Origin: Squalus acanthias
Taxonomy: Eukaryota
Assembly (NCBI GenBank): GCA_030390025.1
Contig: CM059432.1
Location: 67,892,001-67,956,000, forward strand
DNA length: 64,000 nucleotides
Direction: 5' to 3'
The stretch's first letter is position 1. Each line of letters opens with the position of its first letter. The notes under the pieces are model-generated. The model was not told the DNA's origin, made no database searches, and was given only the letters and a program-made list of their open reading frames with translations. The position numbers and the translations under genes were made by a program. Positions 62,570-64,000 of this stretch are shown here, one piece after another.

Positions 62570-63562
62570 ACTAGGTCCCTTGCTTTTTGTGGTATATATC
62601 AATGATCTAGACTTGAATATAGCGGGTATGATTAAGAAGTTTGCAGATGATACTAAAATCAGCTGTGTGGTTGATACTGAAGAAGGAAGCTGTAGACTGC
62701 AGGAAGGTATCAATAAATTGGTCAGGTGGGCAGAACAGTGGCAAATGGAATTCAATCCGGAGAAGTGTGAGGTTATGCATTTGGGGAGGGCTAACTAGGA
62801 AAGGGAATACACATTAAATGGTAGGACACTGAGTAGTGTAGAGGAACAAAGGGACCTTGGAGTGCATGTCCACAGATCCCTGAAGGTAGCAGGCCAGGTA
62901 GATAAGGTGGTTAAGAAGGCATACGGAATGCTTGCCTTTATTAGCCGTGGCATAGAATACAAGAGCAGGGGGGTTATGCTTCAACTGTATAAAACACTAG
63001 TTGGGCCTCAGCTAGAGTACTGCATGCAGTTCTGGTCACCACATTACAGAAAGATGTGATTGCACTAGAGAGGGTACAGAGGAGATTTACAAGGATGTTG
63101 CCGGGAGTAGAGAATCTTAGCTATGAGGAAAGACTGGATTGGCTGGGTTTTTTTTCCTTGGAACAGAGGAGGCTGAGGGGAGACCTCATTGAAGTGTATA
63201 AAATTATGAGGGGCTGAGATAAAGTGGATAGAAAGGACCTACTTCCCTTAGCAGAGGGATCAAAAATCAGGGGGCACAGATTTAAAGTAATTGGTGGAAG
63301 GTTTAGAGGGGATTTGAGGGGAAATTTCTTCACCCAGAGGGTTGTGGGGGTCTGGAACTCACTGCCTGAAAGGGTGGTAGAGGCAGGAACCCTAACCACA
63401 TTTAAAAAGTACTTGGATGTGCACTTGGGATGCTGTAACCTGCAGGGCTACGGACCAAGAGCTGGGAAATGGGATCAGGCTGGATAGCTCTTTTTTGGCC
63501 GGCGCAGACACAATGGGCCGAAATGGCCTCCTTCCGTGCTGTAACTTTCTATGACTCTATGA
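62570..63562 (+). mobile_element. 5'-truncated CR1 LINE
   Basis: LGPLLFVVYINDL, KFADDTK, C-terminal VWNSLPERVVEA; tail TTCTATGACTCTATGA. Confidence 0.9.
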
Positions 63563-64000
63563 TAAGTTTCCAGTCATCTCTCCGAACTCTTCTACTGCCA
63601 TTTACCATCCACTTCTTCTCTGTGAAATGTATTAGCATGTTCACTGTTAAAAATGTTATATAAATGAACTATAATAGCTGTTGTTGGAGCTGTTATCAAC
63701 ATCACTGAAAATCTGAAGTGAGAATAAGTTTCATGTTACAAGCTCAATTTCAAGGTTAATATAAAACAACTTTATATTACAAGTAATTATGTTTTCTTAG
63801 ATCCAGTTAGTCAAGTGCATTAGTTTGAATCTAATGATTGTTCACACAACCGTATCTTTGTTATTTCTAGGTCAGCTGCAGCAGGATTTTGATTTGAGCA
63901 ATTCAACACTTCATCGATCCATTTTCTCTGTTCTTGGCAAAAATACTAAATTCGAAACTTCAGAACAAAGTTCAATTTGCTTCAAGGTCTCTATTCACAG

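Overview
Repeat-dominated vertebrate non-coding DNA, probably from a shark or other cartilaginous fish (inferred from its CR1 LINEs with CTTATGTT/ATTCTATG tails, a Deu-type SINE, RTE, L2, Penelope remnants and PIF/Harbinger elements). I could not recognise any host-gene exon. The standout is a very young 9.3-kb LTR element at 6113-15439 (+), inserted into a CR1 endonuclease gene. Its 1625/1624-bp TG...CA LTRs differ by only 2 substitutions and 1 indel by eye, it has a 4-bp CAAC target-site duplication, and its 18-nt tRNA-Arg primer-binding site overlaps the gag start codon. Gag (~600 aa) carries a coiled coil, a PSAPPSY late domain, an MHR-like motif and one CCHC knuckle. It ends in a UGA-CUAG readthrough context followed in frame by a 369-codon ORF that is not Pol. 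Env (~780 aa) looks like a paramyxovirus/baculovirus-F-type class I fusion protein with an added immunoglobulin-like domain. No protease, RT, RNase H or integrase motifs are visible, so it looks like a non-autonomous, enveloped, lokiretrovirus-like element that needs a helper. The rest is nested CR1 fragments, a second LINE family with a tRNA-like 5' head, several degenerate Harbinger elements and MITEs, a near-perfect 130-bp palindrome, a 62-bp templated insertion and a 19-bp minisatellite with a 113-bp higher-order repeat. Boundaries of old repeats are approximate, and family names come from motif recognition, not database searches.
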